From assembly GCF_001194135.2 (NCBI RefSeq), contig NC_068983.1, positions 99,811,011 to 99,875,010 of the forward strand: a stretch of DNA of 64,000 nt, read 5' to 3'. A program made the translations under genes and the position numbers. Each line of letters opens with the position of its first letter. The stretch's first letter is position 1. The notes under the pieces are model-generated. The model was given only the letters and a program-made list of their open reading frames with translations, was not told the DNA's origin and made no database searches. Below, piece by piece: positions 1 through 11,855 of the stretch. This DNA comes from Octopus bimaculoides (taxonomy: Eukaryota).

Positions 1-375
1 GCTTTCTCCATGTCAACGAAAGCCAGGTACAGAGGTTTATCCTTAGCTAGGTATTTCTCCTGCAACTGTCTCACTAGAAATAAGGCATCAGTAGTGCTTT
101 TACCTGGCACGAACCCAAACTGCATCTCATCTAAATTGATTCGCTCCCTAATTAGTTGGGCTATGACCCTCTCTGTAACTTTCATAACCTGATCTAACAG
201 CTTGATGCCTCTGTAATTATTTGTATCTAAAGCGTCACCTTTACCTTTGTAGCAGTTGACTATGATGCTGCTACACCAGTCATTGGGTATGACTCCTTCG
301 TGTATCACCTGGTTCGTAATACGGGTGACTAGGCTATAGCCAACACTGCCAGATATTTTGAGCATCTCTGCAGTG
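1..375 (-). mobile_element. RTE-clade LINE reverse transcriptase fragment (cut by window edge)
   Basis: Minus strand translates to ...EMLKISGSVGYSLV...VIPNDWCSSIIVNCYKGKGDALDTNNYRGIKLLDQVMKV...DEMQFGFVPGKSTTDALFLVRQLQEKYLAKDKPLYLAFVDMEK. These are RTE RT motifs, and the region matches the + strand copy at 21.5-21.9 kb. Confidence 0.9.
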
Positions 376-902
376 ACATATTACATATATGTGTAAAAAA
401 ACTCATCATGCAATTGAATCAATGAAAAAGCCTCTACCTGGTTGCTCAACACGCTAAAAATAGCAGCCAAAGTATCCCTGTACCTAAATCATACACTCTG
501 GAAATTAAAAATGATTTTTTTGGTTTATAAAATGATTTTAATTTATGAAAAGAAAAACCAAATATTTATATAAAATTGAAGGTACAATAATAGTCATTTT
601 TTATTACAAAATTAGCTTACTTAGTTGAGCCTGGTAACTGATGGCTTTTGGGGTCTTGTTGTTTGTAACTTTTACCAACAACATGGTCAAAATCCCTGCC
701 ACTAATTTGATGCGAATGGGTAATATCAAATAATTCAATCACAACATATGTTTAAATTAAACATAAAAAAATTGAAATATTATCATCACTTACATGGAAA
801 AATTGAAATATTATCTTTCAGTATTTTATAAGGTAAAATCTTCAATAATTAATTGACACATTATTAATTATCTTATAACAGCAATGCCTGGAAAAATCAT
901 GG

Positions 903-1422
903 ATTACATGGAAAAATGCAAGCATGAAAAGTAATATTCTTAAGATTATAAACCTGGAAAAGTACAGGACAAGTTATTACACCTGTAAAAGTATAGGACA
1001 AGCTATTACTTCAAGTAAAGTAAAGAATAAGAAACTTCTTACTTAAAATATTGCAGCTAAAATTAAAATTTGAAATTAAAAATTATTTTATTATAGTTTA
1101 CAAATAATACTATACTTATTTATGTAGAATTTGGCTAATTTACTATCTTAAATACAGAAAAAAGTAACTAATTAGACAAACATACAAATTAGCTGAACAG
1201 TTTTGTGCAATAAATTAAAAATATGAGAACTGTAAAGAGTGATAAATTAGAAGAACTGGCATTCTTTGCTGCAATATTTTAAGTAAAAAGTTTCTTATTC
1301 TTTACTTTACTAGAAGTAATAGCTTGTCCTATACTTTTACAGGTGTAATAACTTGTCCTGTACTTTTCCAGGTTCATAATCTTAAGAATATTACTTTTCA
1401 TGCTTGCATTTTTCCATGTAAT
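903..1422. repeat. Foldback-type inverted repeat (~155 bp arms, ~210 bp spacer)
   Basis: 903-1057 (ATTACATGGAAAAATGCAAGC...ATATTGCAGC) is nearly the exact reverse complement of 1268-1422. Each arm contains an internal ~28 bp tandem duplication. Confidence 0.85.
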
Positions 1423-1449
1423 AAGTATTGAGAGAGAGAGAGAGAGATG

Positions 1450-2830
1450 CAGTAAGGTAATCAAATGGAAGAAATATATTTCTTTACTAGTAGAATAATA
1501 GGATATTGTTTTGGGAATATATTATTTCAAAGAAAAGTAGTTCTCCAGATCATTTGGTCCAGAAAATATTAGAAGTTTGTCAGCGTTCTTTTTAGTATTA
1601 GTAAATTTTTAAGGTCATTATTTGCCATACATTCTAAAATGATCAGACCATTTGCAAATTCATGCAAGAAAAATGTTAAATTTGGTTAGACAAATATTCA
1701 GCAAAAGACCTTAGTTAATTTAAAAAGTACTCTTGCTGAAAATCATATTAGAAGTATGTTCGATACCAATAAAGACATCACTGTGATCACAAGCCATTCC
1801 CATAATTTTTTTTGATTAGTAGATTATTCTTACTAGATCCAAACAGATCCATGCAAAGAACTTCTAAAGGATTTTGTCAACAAGAATAATGAAGTGGTAC
1901 ACACAGCTGGGTGCATTTGAATTTGACATTACATAAAACAATAACAAAAGAAACTCCATTATGCTGATACAATCTCACAGAGATATTTTAGAATGCAACT
2001 ACAGAATACTGTTTCTGATAATGTTGATGATAATTTTATACACTAGATAAAAACTGATATATTGCCTCTTATTAGACTAGCTTCAGAAACTGTGTAATTT
2101 GAAATTAAGTGAAAGTATTTCCAGAATAAATATAAAAAGAATGTCTAGAATAATTGCTCAATACTAAGAAGTCTTTATAAGAAGGTCAAACATATTAGCT
2201 GTAAAAAATTATCTTCTTTGCAGTTGTGAGGTTATTGCTTTGCCTGATGTATCCAGAAGTCAAATCCTTAAATGTTTATAATGATGTTCATTGCCTCATT
2301 ACTGCTAAGTGTAATTGCCCAAAGACCAAAGCATTGTAGTCTGGTTATTCACACAATGTTGGGGACTGCATATATAGTTGTCCTAAATAAACAAAGGTAA
2401 AAATTCCAAAGAGGTAGGTTTCATTCAAAGCCTAAGGACTTGTGTACACAGGGATCATTTCCATCTTAATGTCATTAATTGCTGCTTAACATAAGTAACT
2501 TTTCAATGTGACAGTAGGTTATTCTTGTTACTGTTAGGAAGTGTTCAACAGTAAAGCAGGTATTGTATGTGGTTTTCTTTTGAAATGATGTGCCAAAGGT
2601 TTTAGCAACAATGTACTCAAAATTTCATGATGGTATCTCTATTCTTGACAACAGAAAGTTGGTTGCATTCCTTACAAAATGTTCTTCTTCATCCATACTC
2701 AAATGGAATTGCAGAACAAATGGTTCAAAGAATTAAAATAAGGTTAAAGGCATTCTTTATCCAGAGAGACCCAACTACTACTTAGTATACTATTCTTTAG
2801 CCAATAGGCTACAAAGTCTTTTTTTGCATA
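1450..2830 (+). mobile_element. Highly degenerate Ty3/gypsy pol remnant (RT/RNase H linker to integrase)
   Basis: Broken translations include KNVKFG*TNIQQKTLVNLKSTLAENHIRSMFDTNKDITVIT (~1670-1790) and LHPYSNGIAEQMVQRIK (~2687-2740), the latter resembling the integrase HPxSNGxAER motif. Many stops and frameshifts. Confidence 0.6.
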
Positions 2831-3214
2831 ATGGATTAACAGGTTTGTGTTCCCTTGGCCTTGTTCTCCTCCATGCATGAGTAGATACAGTATAACAAAC
2901 GATTCAACATAAAAAATTTCAAACTTTGTGATGCATGTTAGACACTACACTGTTTTCATTACATGGAATGGAATTAGAACTTTGACTCATGCAGACCAAA
3001 TTATATCTGAATTTGAACCACTCAAAACAAATGAAGATGGTGGACAAGCAGCCTAAATGACAGTGATGAGGAACAACAGGATTGAACCTGTAGTGACAGT
3101 GTCATTAGAAATACTTCATCTACCCAAAATATGAAGCCCTTATGCTTCATAGAGATATACACATATATGTATACATCCTAGACTCTCCTATCGCAGACAA
3201 CAGACGAGGGTTCT

Positions 3215-3470
3215 GCAACATCTTTGCTAGGCAACCTGTACAAATGATTTGTTGTCAGTGATCAAATGTTTATGCTGTACATTAGTTCACTCTTTCCATC
3301 AAATTGACATTGCCTGTACAAATGCAAAGTATGTCACGTAGAAGAGGTTGTAAAGCAATGGGAGATGAAGCGTTTTGCTTAACACAACACATCATCCGGT
3401 CCAGGAATCAAACCCAAGATCTCGCAACTGTGAGTGCTACACACTAACCACTAGGCTACATGTCCTCAAT
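3215..3470 (-). mobile_element. tRNA-derived SINE (family D here), partial
   Basis: Minus-strand head with A box (TAGCCTAGTGGTTAG) and B box (GGGTTTGATTCC). Related to copies at 53575-53905 and ~56620-56870. Confidence 0.65.
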
Positions 3471-3666
3471 GCACACAGACAGAGAGCAGAGTATGTAATT
3501 GGACAAGTGGTAGGCAGGCGTGAACGTAAAATTAACAACAACTTGCGTAGAAATGCCCCTTAAGTTAGAGATATTTTTGAAGAGATTATTTTCAAGTACA
3601 CTTTAAAGCACTTTCAATAAATTATTAATTTGGTGCATAAATATTATCTGTTGAAATATTTATCTC

Positions 3667-3871
3667 GGTACTACTAAAGCAGTGCGGACCCGAACGCGCA
3701 GTCGCGCGTCCGCGCTAGCTAGTCGTGAGTGGTCGATTCTAACCCTAACCCTAAACACGTATTCATTTGCACACGTGGGTTAGGGTTAGGGTTAGGGATA
3801 GGGTTAGGATCGACCACTAAAGACTAGCTAGCGAGGACGCGCGACCGGGTCCGCGCTGCTTTAGTAGTACC
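3667..3871. mobile_element. 205 bp hairpin MITE with internal telomeric (TAACCC)/(GGGTTA) repeats
   Basis: The first 26 bp, GGTACTACTAAAGCAGTGCGGACCCG, match the reverse complement of the right end at 25/26 positions. Flanks are ATTTATCTC (3658-3666) and ATTTATTTC (3872-3880), an 8/9-matching 9 bp TSD. Confidence 0.85.
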
Positions 3872-3934
3872 ATTTATTTCTTCATCTAAATTCTCGTCTT
3901 CGTAAATTACATACCTCATAACAATATGATTGGA

Positions 3935-4230
3935 TGCAGCATGGTCAAATGTTTAAGAAGTACGTGTCACATCACGAGATCCTGGGTTCGATTCCGCTAG
4001 ATGGCATTTTAGACAAGTGTCTTTTACTATTACTTTCATACAAACAGAAGAAATTCGTCAGGTGGATTGTACTTGTAATTCACAGGTACAGCTTTATCAC
4101 ACACTGTGTCACGTTAATTCTGCCAACGAATTGCGTTAAGGATGCACGTGTTTGTATGATATTCAACCATTTACAAATTCAATGAGCAGGTAATTCAGTC
4201 GATCACTCAATTGAATCTGCATCGTCGAAA
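3935..4230 (+). mobile_element. Degenerate tRNA-derived SINE
   Basis: B box GGGTTCGATTCC near 3985. The body CTTTATCACACACTGTGTCACG resembles the family-A SINE at 38695. Confidence 0.55.
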
Positions 4231-5129
4231 GCGATGAAGACCCTTTCACTTATTACTAACGATTTAGTACTAAGGTTAACAATGTTATTATTCTCTAGGA
4301 TTCAGACAAAGAGCAAAATGTTATAATATACATCTGATTGTTATGAACTAAACTAGTTAAAGTACAAACATGGAAATGCGTTTGTCAACAACACCACAGA
4401 AGACTGAAAAATCAAGTCTTAACTTAGAACTTTTAGTTATATATATTTGATTTATATCATGAAACATAACCATTAAGCTATACTTACAATGATGAAATAC
4501 TTATAACGATTAAACTGTAGTGTGTATATCTAACAAATAGCCACGCGTACAGAGATGTAACAATAATCGAAGAGAAGAGATACCCGGTGTAGTATGATGT
4601 GCTGTTAAGAAGTATGGAGCGATCAATAAGATATTTATATATATTACTTGTTATACTTACGTAGTATTGATTTATATAGCTTACTTTTTGTTAGAAAATT
4701 AACTTTAAATAACAATATTATTTTTGAACCGATAATTTTCAGAAAGTATCCTACATTTAGACGAAATTATTTAAGTTATAGAACAATGCTGTAACGAATG
4801 TAATTTCAAGATTTCAAATGACAGCTATATTTTCAATAGATTTTTCTTGATGAAATATTTTCCTTTTGCTTTAAATTTACAAAGATGATTTTCTTATTTT
4901 TTCAACGGGGCTGAGAACAGAATCAAATGACTACCGGTCATAGGTTTTTATTCATCTCCTTTTCTTCCTCCAAAGATTAAGAATTATAACACAAGAAAAT
5001 CAAGTTTAGATAATTAATAACAAATAAGAAGGTAAAAAAAAGAAAGATTTACGTAATGACACGGAACCAGAAGATGGAACGAAATCAAGAACACATGGAC
5101 TCACACATCTGGTGATGGGATGTAACTTC

Positions 5130-5615
5130 GATTAACTGCCGCTTACTGCTTTAATAAAATGTATACAATGAGAGTTATTTCCCTTCATTTGTCGTAGGCA
5201 ATCTAATTATTGTAGTTTTTTGTTAATTTTTCGATTGTAATCATTTGTTTTTTTACTTTTTTGATTTCTGGTCTGTCCGTCTGTGTGCAAAATAACTCAA
5301 AAAGTTGTGAACGGTATTTGATGAAAGTAAAAGTTGGTAATGATACAAGGAACAGATGATGAAATTTTGATAGTGATCCAGGAATTTTTATGGATTCTAG
5401 AAGGATTTTTCATTTGTTATATTTACTTTACATGAAGTATTAATGTTACATTCTTTGATTATCTTCCTTGAAAACAGGTTCATCGTTTCCACGTAACCTA
5501 TGGTGGAGTTGCTGTTTCCAAAGTTTATTTTCATTTCTCTATTAATAATTTTACTCGCGTATCTATCTTAAAATGAGCTTGGCGGAGGTCTGTGCTCTCT
5601 AAGTGTTTTTCTAGT
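5130..5615 (+). mobile_element. Helentron-associated non-autonomous element (DINE-1/HINE-like)
   Basis: Contains CTGTCCGTCTGTGTG followed by AATAACTCAAAAAGTTGTGAACGG..TTTGATGAAA, and ends TTGGCGGAGGTCTGTGCTCTCTAAGTG...TTCTAGT. The 5' boundary is uncertain. Confidence 0.6.
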
Positions 5616-5624
5616 TTACTAGTA

Positions 5625-6780
5625 TGATTAGTCTTTATGGAGAAGTCCTACAAGATCTTGTAATTCTCATTTTCTATCATAGCCTCTGGTTTGTGTTCAT
5701 CCCACATTTCTGTTATTCTGAATTCACATACTCAGCTAACATCCCAATGCACTTTTTTGCCTACACAGTCATGTCTACACTTATACTCTTTTAGTGCTCA
5801 AAAAGTGATTGATACTTTCGTCTCCTTTCCTGCAGATTCTACATTTGCTGTCTGACTCAGTTTTGTCAGTCTTTGCCTTTATCAGATTTGTTCTAATGGC
5901 TTGTACCTGAATGGCTATAATTTGCATTTTGGTCTCTTGTTTCAAGTTCTTGTCCATCAACCAGAGCTAGTGTTCCTTACTTCCAATATTCTTGGTTTAT
6001 TGCATGAATTGGCCATTTAAATCCATTTCTTTGTGCTTGATTGTTCTATTGTTTTCCTTTTTCTTTTTGATTTTTCTTACTGTTTTATTCACTTTTTGGG
6101 TATCTCTGGCTGTTAATAGTATTCTTTTTTTACTCTGCACAACATAATTTTTCACACCTAATATCACAATATTAACAGTGCCTTCTGCATTTAGTAATCC
6201 TTTGTGACCTTCCTCTCTTGGTAAGTTGAGTCTGTCTGTAATACTTTTAGGGTAGTGTACATGTGCATTGTGAACAATTTTCTATTTTTTCTGTCCAAGT
6301 TCTATAGCTCAACCTTTGTCCATTTCAGAAAGGGAGAAGTGTTTCAATCCTATCACATTGCAGCACTCCTAGATATTTATATCCCTCATTATTCCACAGC
6401 AATCAAATGATGTCTTGTAATAATTTCATGCCATCACAATTTACCTTACAACCTCTCTTTGTAATTAGCAATTTTGCCCTTATTTACCCCAAACTACATT
6501 CCAGTATCTTTACTGAATATTTTCACTCTTTGGATCAAAGAATCCAGGTCTGTCTCATTTTCTGCATACAGCTTAAGATCATCCATATAAAGTATGTGAT
6601 TTATTTACATCTTGGTTTTGGTAAATTCATTGGCTGGCCTTGATTTTCTCAGTATACTTGTCAGAGGGATTAACACAGTGATGAAGAGTAACTGAGAGAG
6701 TGAGTCTCCCTAGAAAAGGCTCCTGCTTATTTTCATGTTTCTTTGTGATTCATTTGCATATGGCTGTTCTACTTCCCACA
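5625..6780 (-). mobile_element. R4/Dong-like (RLE-type) non-LTR retrotransposon remnant
   Basis: Minus strand gives LF*GDSLSQLLF...INHILYMDDLKLY (YMDD at 6578-6589), then KCRICRKGDESINHFLS (knuckle-like) and EYKCRHDCVGKKVHW...WDEHKPEAMIENENYKIL*DFS. Multiple stops. Confidence 0.8.
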
Positions 6781-8189
6781 CTCTCATTGTTTTTTCCAAA
6801 AAGTTGTTATTGTTAAAATTATATATTTTTCAAAACTCATTCTAGAGGTGTTTAATATCCAGAAACATCAAGCAAAGGAGATAGCTTCAATCAACCATAC
6901 AAAATTTTTGGATAATTTTTAAAGTCATGCTGAAAGCAATGGCCATTCATCAATCTTGTTAGATTTCCTCAATAAAGTATATTTTACTCAGATGGCAAGG
7001 CTAAGAATGACTAATGTATATGGAAATAGAAGGAATGTAGTGACACTGATAATGAATATTGACAATGTAGCTGGTGGAGGGTGAAACTCAATATTTTACT
7101 TATGCAAGACCCTATTGTGTTTTTATAATACTTCATAATGCTGAATGCCCCTCTGGAGTATTTTTCTTTAGCATGAGATATTTTAGAAGATTAAATCATT
7201 AACTATATTTTTGAGGTTTAAATTATCAAGACAGTGATGATGAGATGAATTTAGGAGATACTCTTCTTCACATTTACTTTAATATTATTTTGTCCTTCCA
7301 GTTGTTTCTGTTTGTTGAGTGTCCCAAATATATGTGATGCCAGTGTACTGGTCTACTAGGTACGGTTCACTCATATATTATTTTTTTTTTAATATCTTTT
7401 GGTCAAAAAAACTCAAAGACCCTGCAAACTACAGAGATGGAAGGAAGAAGGTATTCTCAACTGGAGACTTAGCCTGAATACTTGCAACAAAGTGAACTCA
7501 GTTAAAGACACACAAGAACCAAGTGGTGGTTTGAAACCAGTTGACCACTGCAGGATTTGAACTCAGAACACAAAAATCCAGAAGAAATATCCAAGACATC
7601 TCACCCAATGCTCTAACGATTCAGACAATCCATTGCCCTAGACTGGCATTATAATTATTGATCCCCAAAGGTTGAAAGGCAAAGATGTCTTTGACAAAAT
7701 TTAAACTCAGAAAGCAAGAAACTGGAATAAATACCACAAGAGACTTCAACTGACATTTTTAATGACTCTTACCATTTTAATGGTTTAGTCAAAGGAGATA
7801 GGGCAAACCCTACGTCCTTTTCAGCGTCTTCAAGACCTCTGGGAGGAATTAATTCTCAAACTTGGCCAGAATGTGTGCAACTTTACTATTAGTGTTAAAC
7901 TGATATTTGCTTCCCAAGAACAATAACAATCCCTCTAACAGGCTTCCACCCAGTTTCTGTCTATCTAATTTCAGTCACAGTGTTTTTATTAACCCAAAGC
8001 TGTAGGTAAAAATACTTACCCAAGTTGTGCTATTAGATCGAACATGAAATATTTTAACGACATAGTTATGTCTGGGCATAATTTGGGAGGGTGTGTGTAG
8101 TAATTTTGTACAGTTAAGTAGCTCAGTTAATAACCCTGTCCTTAGCAGTTGTTTACCATGTAATCTTAGCAGTTATTTTCCATGTAGTC

Positions 8190-8690
8190 TTAAGTAGGGA
8201 GCATGAAAATATGGTAGTGGAAGTGGAAGTTCAAGAGTTCATATTAAGCTGTGAGGAAATTTTACACTTGATATTTGTAAGCTCAAGGATACTTCAAATG
8301 GGCAGAGATTTAGATATGTCATTAATGAAGCATTTGATGAGAAGGAGGAAGAGACAGTCATACTGCATAGAGTACAACTGAATGTTCCTATGGAATAATC
8401 TAATGAGGGCAACTGACTAAATCTGTGATTGGAGCAAAGCTCTGCCTGTCCAAGGATGACATGGTAGTGGAACAGTGAGATCAACTGGGCCATAAAAGAG
8501 AACAAACAAGCTTGGAAAGAGTGGAAAAGTTGAGGTAACAAAGAACCATATCAGGTAGCTAAAAGGGAAGCTAGGAGTGCTCATGACTTTATGTGGATGA
8601 AACTTGTGGAAAAAGGAGACCCAGGAAAACAGTATTGAAGATTAATCTCAAGATACTGAGTCCTATGAAGATGACAAAGGACCAAGATAT
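8190..8690 (+). mobile_element. Degenerate RTE LINE fragment (linker between endonuclease and RT)
   Basis: Broken translation (T)WWWNSEINWAIKENKQAWKEWKS*GNKEPYQVAKREARS, resembling the RTE WWWN motif. Confidence 0.6.
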
Positions 8691-9245
8691 CTAGTGCCTT
8701 GCTGTCCCCAAGAAGACCTGTTCACCCCAAACCACTTTCATTTCCCATTTTCTTCCCCCACTTTCTGTTTCCATCAGTTATCTCATTTCTATGCCTTCTC
8801 TTTCCTGTGCTATTCTCCATCATTAACACCTCACTTATTTGCTGTCACCCACAATGCCCTCACATATCTACTGCAATCCCCACCCCCAAGCCTCTGCTAC
8901 ATTTCTCTCCATCATATGCTGCAGTCACTTCAGTCTTGCTGACTCAACCTGTCCAACCCTCTGTATCACTTCACTTATTCTTATCACACTCAATGCCCCT
9001 TGAGAGCATATCCGACACATCTCCATCATCAACTCTCTGACTATTGTTCTCTTTATCTTACTGTCTAATTCACTCACCTTTCTTTTCCAGCTGGAATATT
9101 CATGTATCTACTCTACAGCAAGATACCTATCTTTGTCTCTCTATACCTTTAATTTCTCAGTTGGCACAAAGCCACACCCTACTGCAATACTATTTTCCAC
9201 TCCCAGTTGAGGGGTTTTTCTCTTGCAAGGTACTTGGTGACCCTG
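8690..9245 (-). mobile_element. Degenerate RTE LINE C-terminal fragment
   Basis: Purine-rich minus strand with RVGQVESARLK*LQHMMER, resembling the RTE RLRWxGHVxR motif. Confidence 0.5.
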
Positions 9246-9254
9246 ATGCCAAAT

Positions 9255-9490
9255 AAAAAACAGTAGTGCAGGTGTCACATAAAATGCACTGGTGCTGGTA
9301 TCATGTGAAAACAACTCAGTACACATTGTAAAGTGGTTGGCATTAGGAAAGACATCCAGCTGTAGAGACCATACCAAAACAGACAATGGATCCTGAGTAG
9401 CAGCCAGCCTTGCCAGTCCTTGTCAAACCATCCAACATACACCACCATGAAAAACAGACATTAAATGATGATGACAATGACAATGATACC
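9255..9490 (+). mobile_element. RTE 3'-UTR/tail fragment ending in GAT-like repeats
   Basis: GTGGTTGGCATTAGGAAAGACATCCAGCTGTAG...TTAAATGATGATGAC is the same tail that ends the RTE copy at 22560. Confidence 0.7.
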
Positions 9491-10086
9491 ACTACTACTG
9501 GTGACACTGACAGTGGCGGTAATGATTACCATATACTTGAAATTTTTGTGTCAACTGATTTATCTGAATATATTTATCACTTAATCAGTGCTTATGTTTT
9601 AGTCTGAGTTCAGTTTATTTTGGTCTAAGTACAGTATTGTTATCATGTTTTTCACTATATTTTTTATATATCCAGTTTAATGTAATTTTTAATTTTAATG
9701 ATATCATATTTTGGTTGTCATATAAATGTCCTTTTATAACTGTCATTTCACCTCTAAATTCTTAATGATTACCTAGTTAATAAATTAGCAATTTAAGAAT
9801 TTATTATAATTTGAAAGCACTCTAACCAATTTTTTTTATTTATACTTAGTAACCATAACTCAAACACTAAATGCCAGCATGCCTTTTTATTCAATTTTAC
9901 AGGTGAGGAAAAAAAATGCCCTGCTGGTATTAGTCCGTGTTGCAAAAAAAAAAAAAGAAAGAAAAAGTAATATCTTAGCGTAACCAAATGATGTAATTTG
10001 TCCACACTTTCTCCTAATCTTCTTTTCCCTCATTCTGTTCACACTTGTTTCTTTCTCTTGGCATTCTCAAGGTGTTGGAGTCAACA

Positions 10087-10502
10087 TCTATATATATAAA
10101 ACTGAGAATGTGTGTGTGTTTGTCTGTCTGTATGCATGTGTGCATCATTAAAACTCAAGAAATACCCAACTGATTTCATTCAAATTTTACACAAGCCTTA
10201 CTTAGGGTCCATGCTGTGTTATGGGCCAGAAAAATTTGCAACTTCTTACTTAATGTGAGCTCAGACCAAACTCTTATCTCTTACACTATTTCAGTATTAC
10301 GTGTCAAAAGTGAAACAATAACACCTCTATTCTAATGTGAGATACTTTCAGTTTTAATACTTTCATTAATAATACTAAAACTATTAAAAGTGAAACCATT
10401 ATCTCACCTATATACATACATACATACATACATACTGAAACAAGTAAAACAATAAAAAACTATGCTACTTTAATCCCAAGCAATGCCGGGTATCTCTCCT
10501 AG
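10087..10502 (+). mobile_element. Non-autonomous Helitron (complete)
   Basis: 5' end A|TCTATATATATAAAA; subterminal hairpin CCCAAGCAATGCCGGG (10475-10490); 3' end CTAG|T; internal CTGT repeats. Confidence 0.85.
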
Positions 10503-11764
10503 TAATTAATATTTCTGATGAAAGAATGTTAGCATATGCAGTAGAGTCTCACACATGTAATATAGTGAGTTGAAAAACCTTGCTTATCTAAGATTATCCC
10601 TTTAATTAAAAGGCAAAACCTCCCTTCTTGTGTTTCAAAACCTTAAAGGACAAGGAATGGTGACAACTCTAATAAACTGAGCCTAGAAAAATTTTTGGTA
10701 AATAATGCAATACAGACAAGAGTTGAATTTTTAAGCCAACTGGGGAAAATAAAAATCATGTCTTAATCTTAATACACTCCGTCAGCAAAACATAATCGCT
10801 TTAGTTGGAAAGATTTAAAAGTAATCAGTATGTATAGAAACAAGGGAGTGTAATGATGTTGGTTATGAATATCACTGCAGGGAACTAGGGAAAATATCTC
10901 TGGTGAGTGCTCTACACACTAAATACACATATGGTATGAGCACATAGAAGTGAAATTATCTATGCTATTGAGATGAATATGCTTCAATGAAGAGATTAAA
11001 AATTTCAACATGACCATTGCCTTCGTCAGTTGACTTTAAAGACAAGATCTACTTTATTTGCATCATCATTTTTTGTCTAAAAATTTTGATTGACCACTAT
11101 TACTAAAGTAATCTCTTATGTCTGTTGATTTTTAGATTTTAAACACCCTAAAGAGAGTTTTTGTCTACTAATTGATGAGAGAATCTTTGTTAATTAAAAT
11201 CTTTTCAACTCACTATATTATATATTTGAGATTCTACAATTTATATTCAATATGCAAAACACACCCAGAGATATTTTCCTTCAAGCTCATTGTTCTAATA
11301 TATATGAGTTTCTTCCTCTTGATTGAAACCATTAAAAAAATATTTATCTGTCTGAATGTTCTCATTAAATAATGTTATGCAATCGAAAATTTGTATGAAT
11401 TTCCTTTCAATTCTAAAACTATTTTGGCCTATTTGACATGTAATGTAGCACAAACCCTGCAAGATATCATGAACAGGATCCATACAAAATAAATTTATTG
11501 AAGATACCCGACCACCTGACCATGTTGAAAACTTGTCAAGTTGAAGAGAATCAATTTTTTAAAAATAAGTTTGATAAATATTACAACATGAAATGCAAAC
11601 AATGTCGTAATAGGTTGAAGGGTCCCAATATGAATTAGTTGACACTTAAAGATTTTGCCTCTCTGCCATTTAAATGATAAGATAAAAGAAGTAGGCCATT
11701 ATTCTTAGGAATTACCAAGCTAAAAAATCTCAGGACAAGATATCTTATCTATTTCTATAATAAA

Positions 11765-11855
11765 CTAGCAGAAATACCCGGCGTTGCCCGGGTTAAAGAG
11801 AATAATGAAATCTAAAAACGCCGTCTAGACTACGCATCATCTTTATATATAGAGA
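11765..11855 (-). mobile_element. 91 bp mini-Helitron
   Basis: Minus strand reads A|TCTCTATATATAAAG...CCCGGGCAACGCCGGG TATTTCTG CTAG|T, with both canonical termini and the hairpin. Confidence 0.85.

Noticed and set aside
8190-9245. Twin-priming 5' inversion of one RTE copy
   Set aside because: The fragments converge tail-to-tail, which is the wrong geometry. Independent insertions are more likely.
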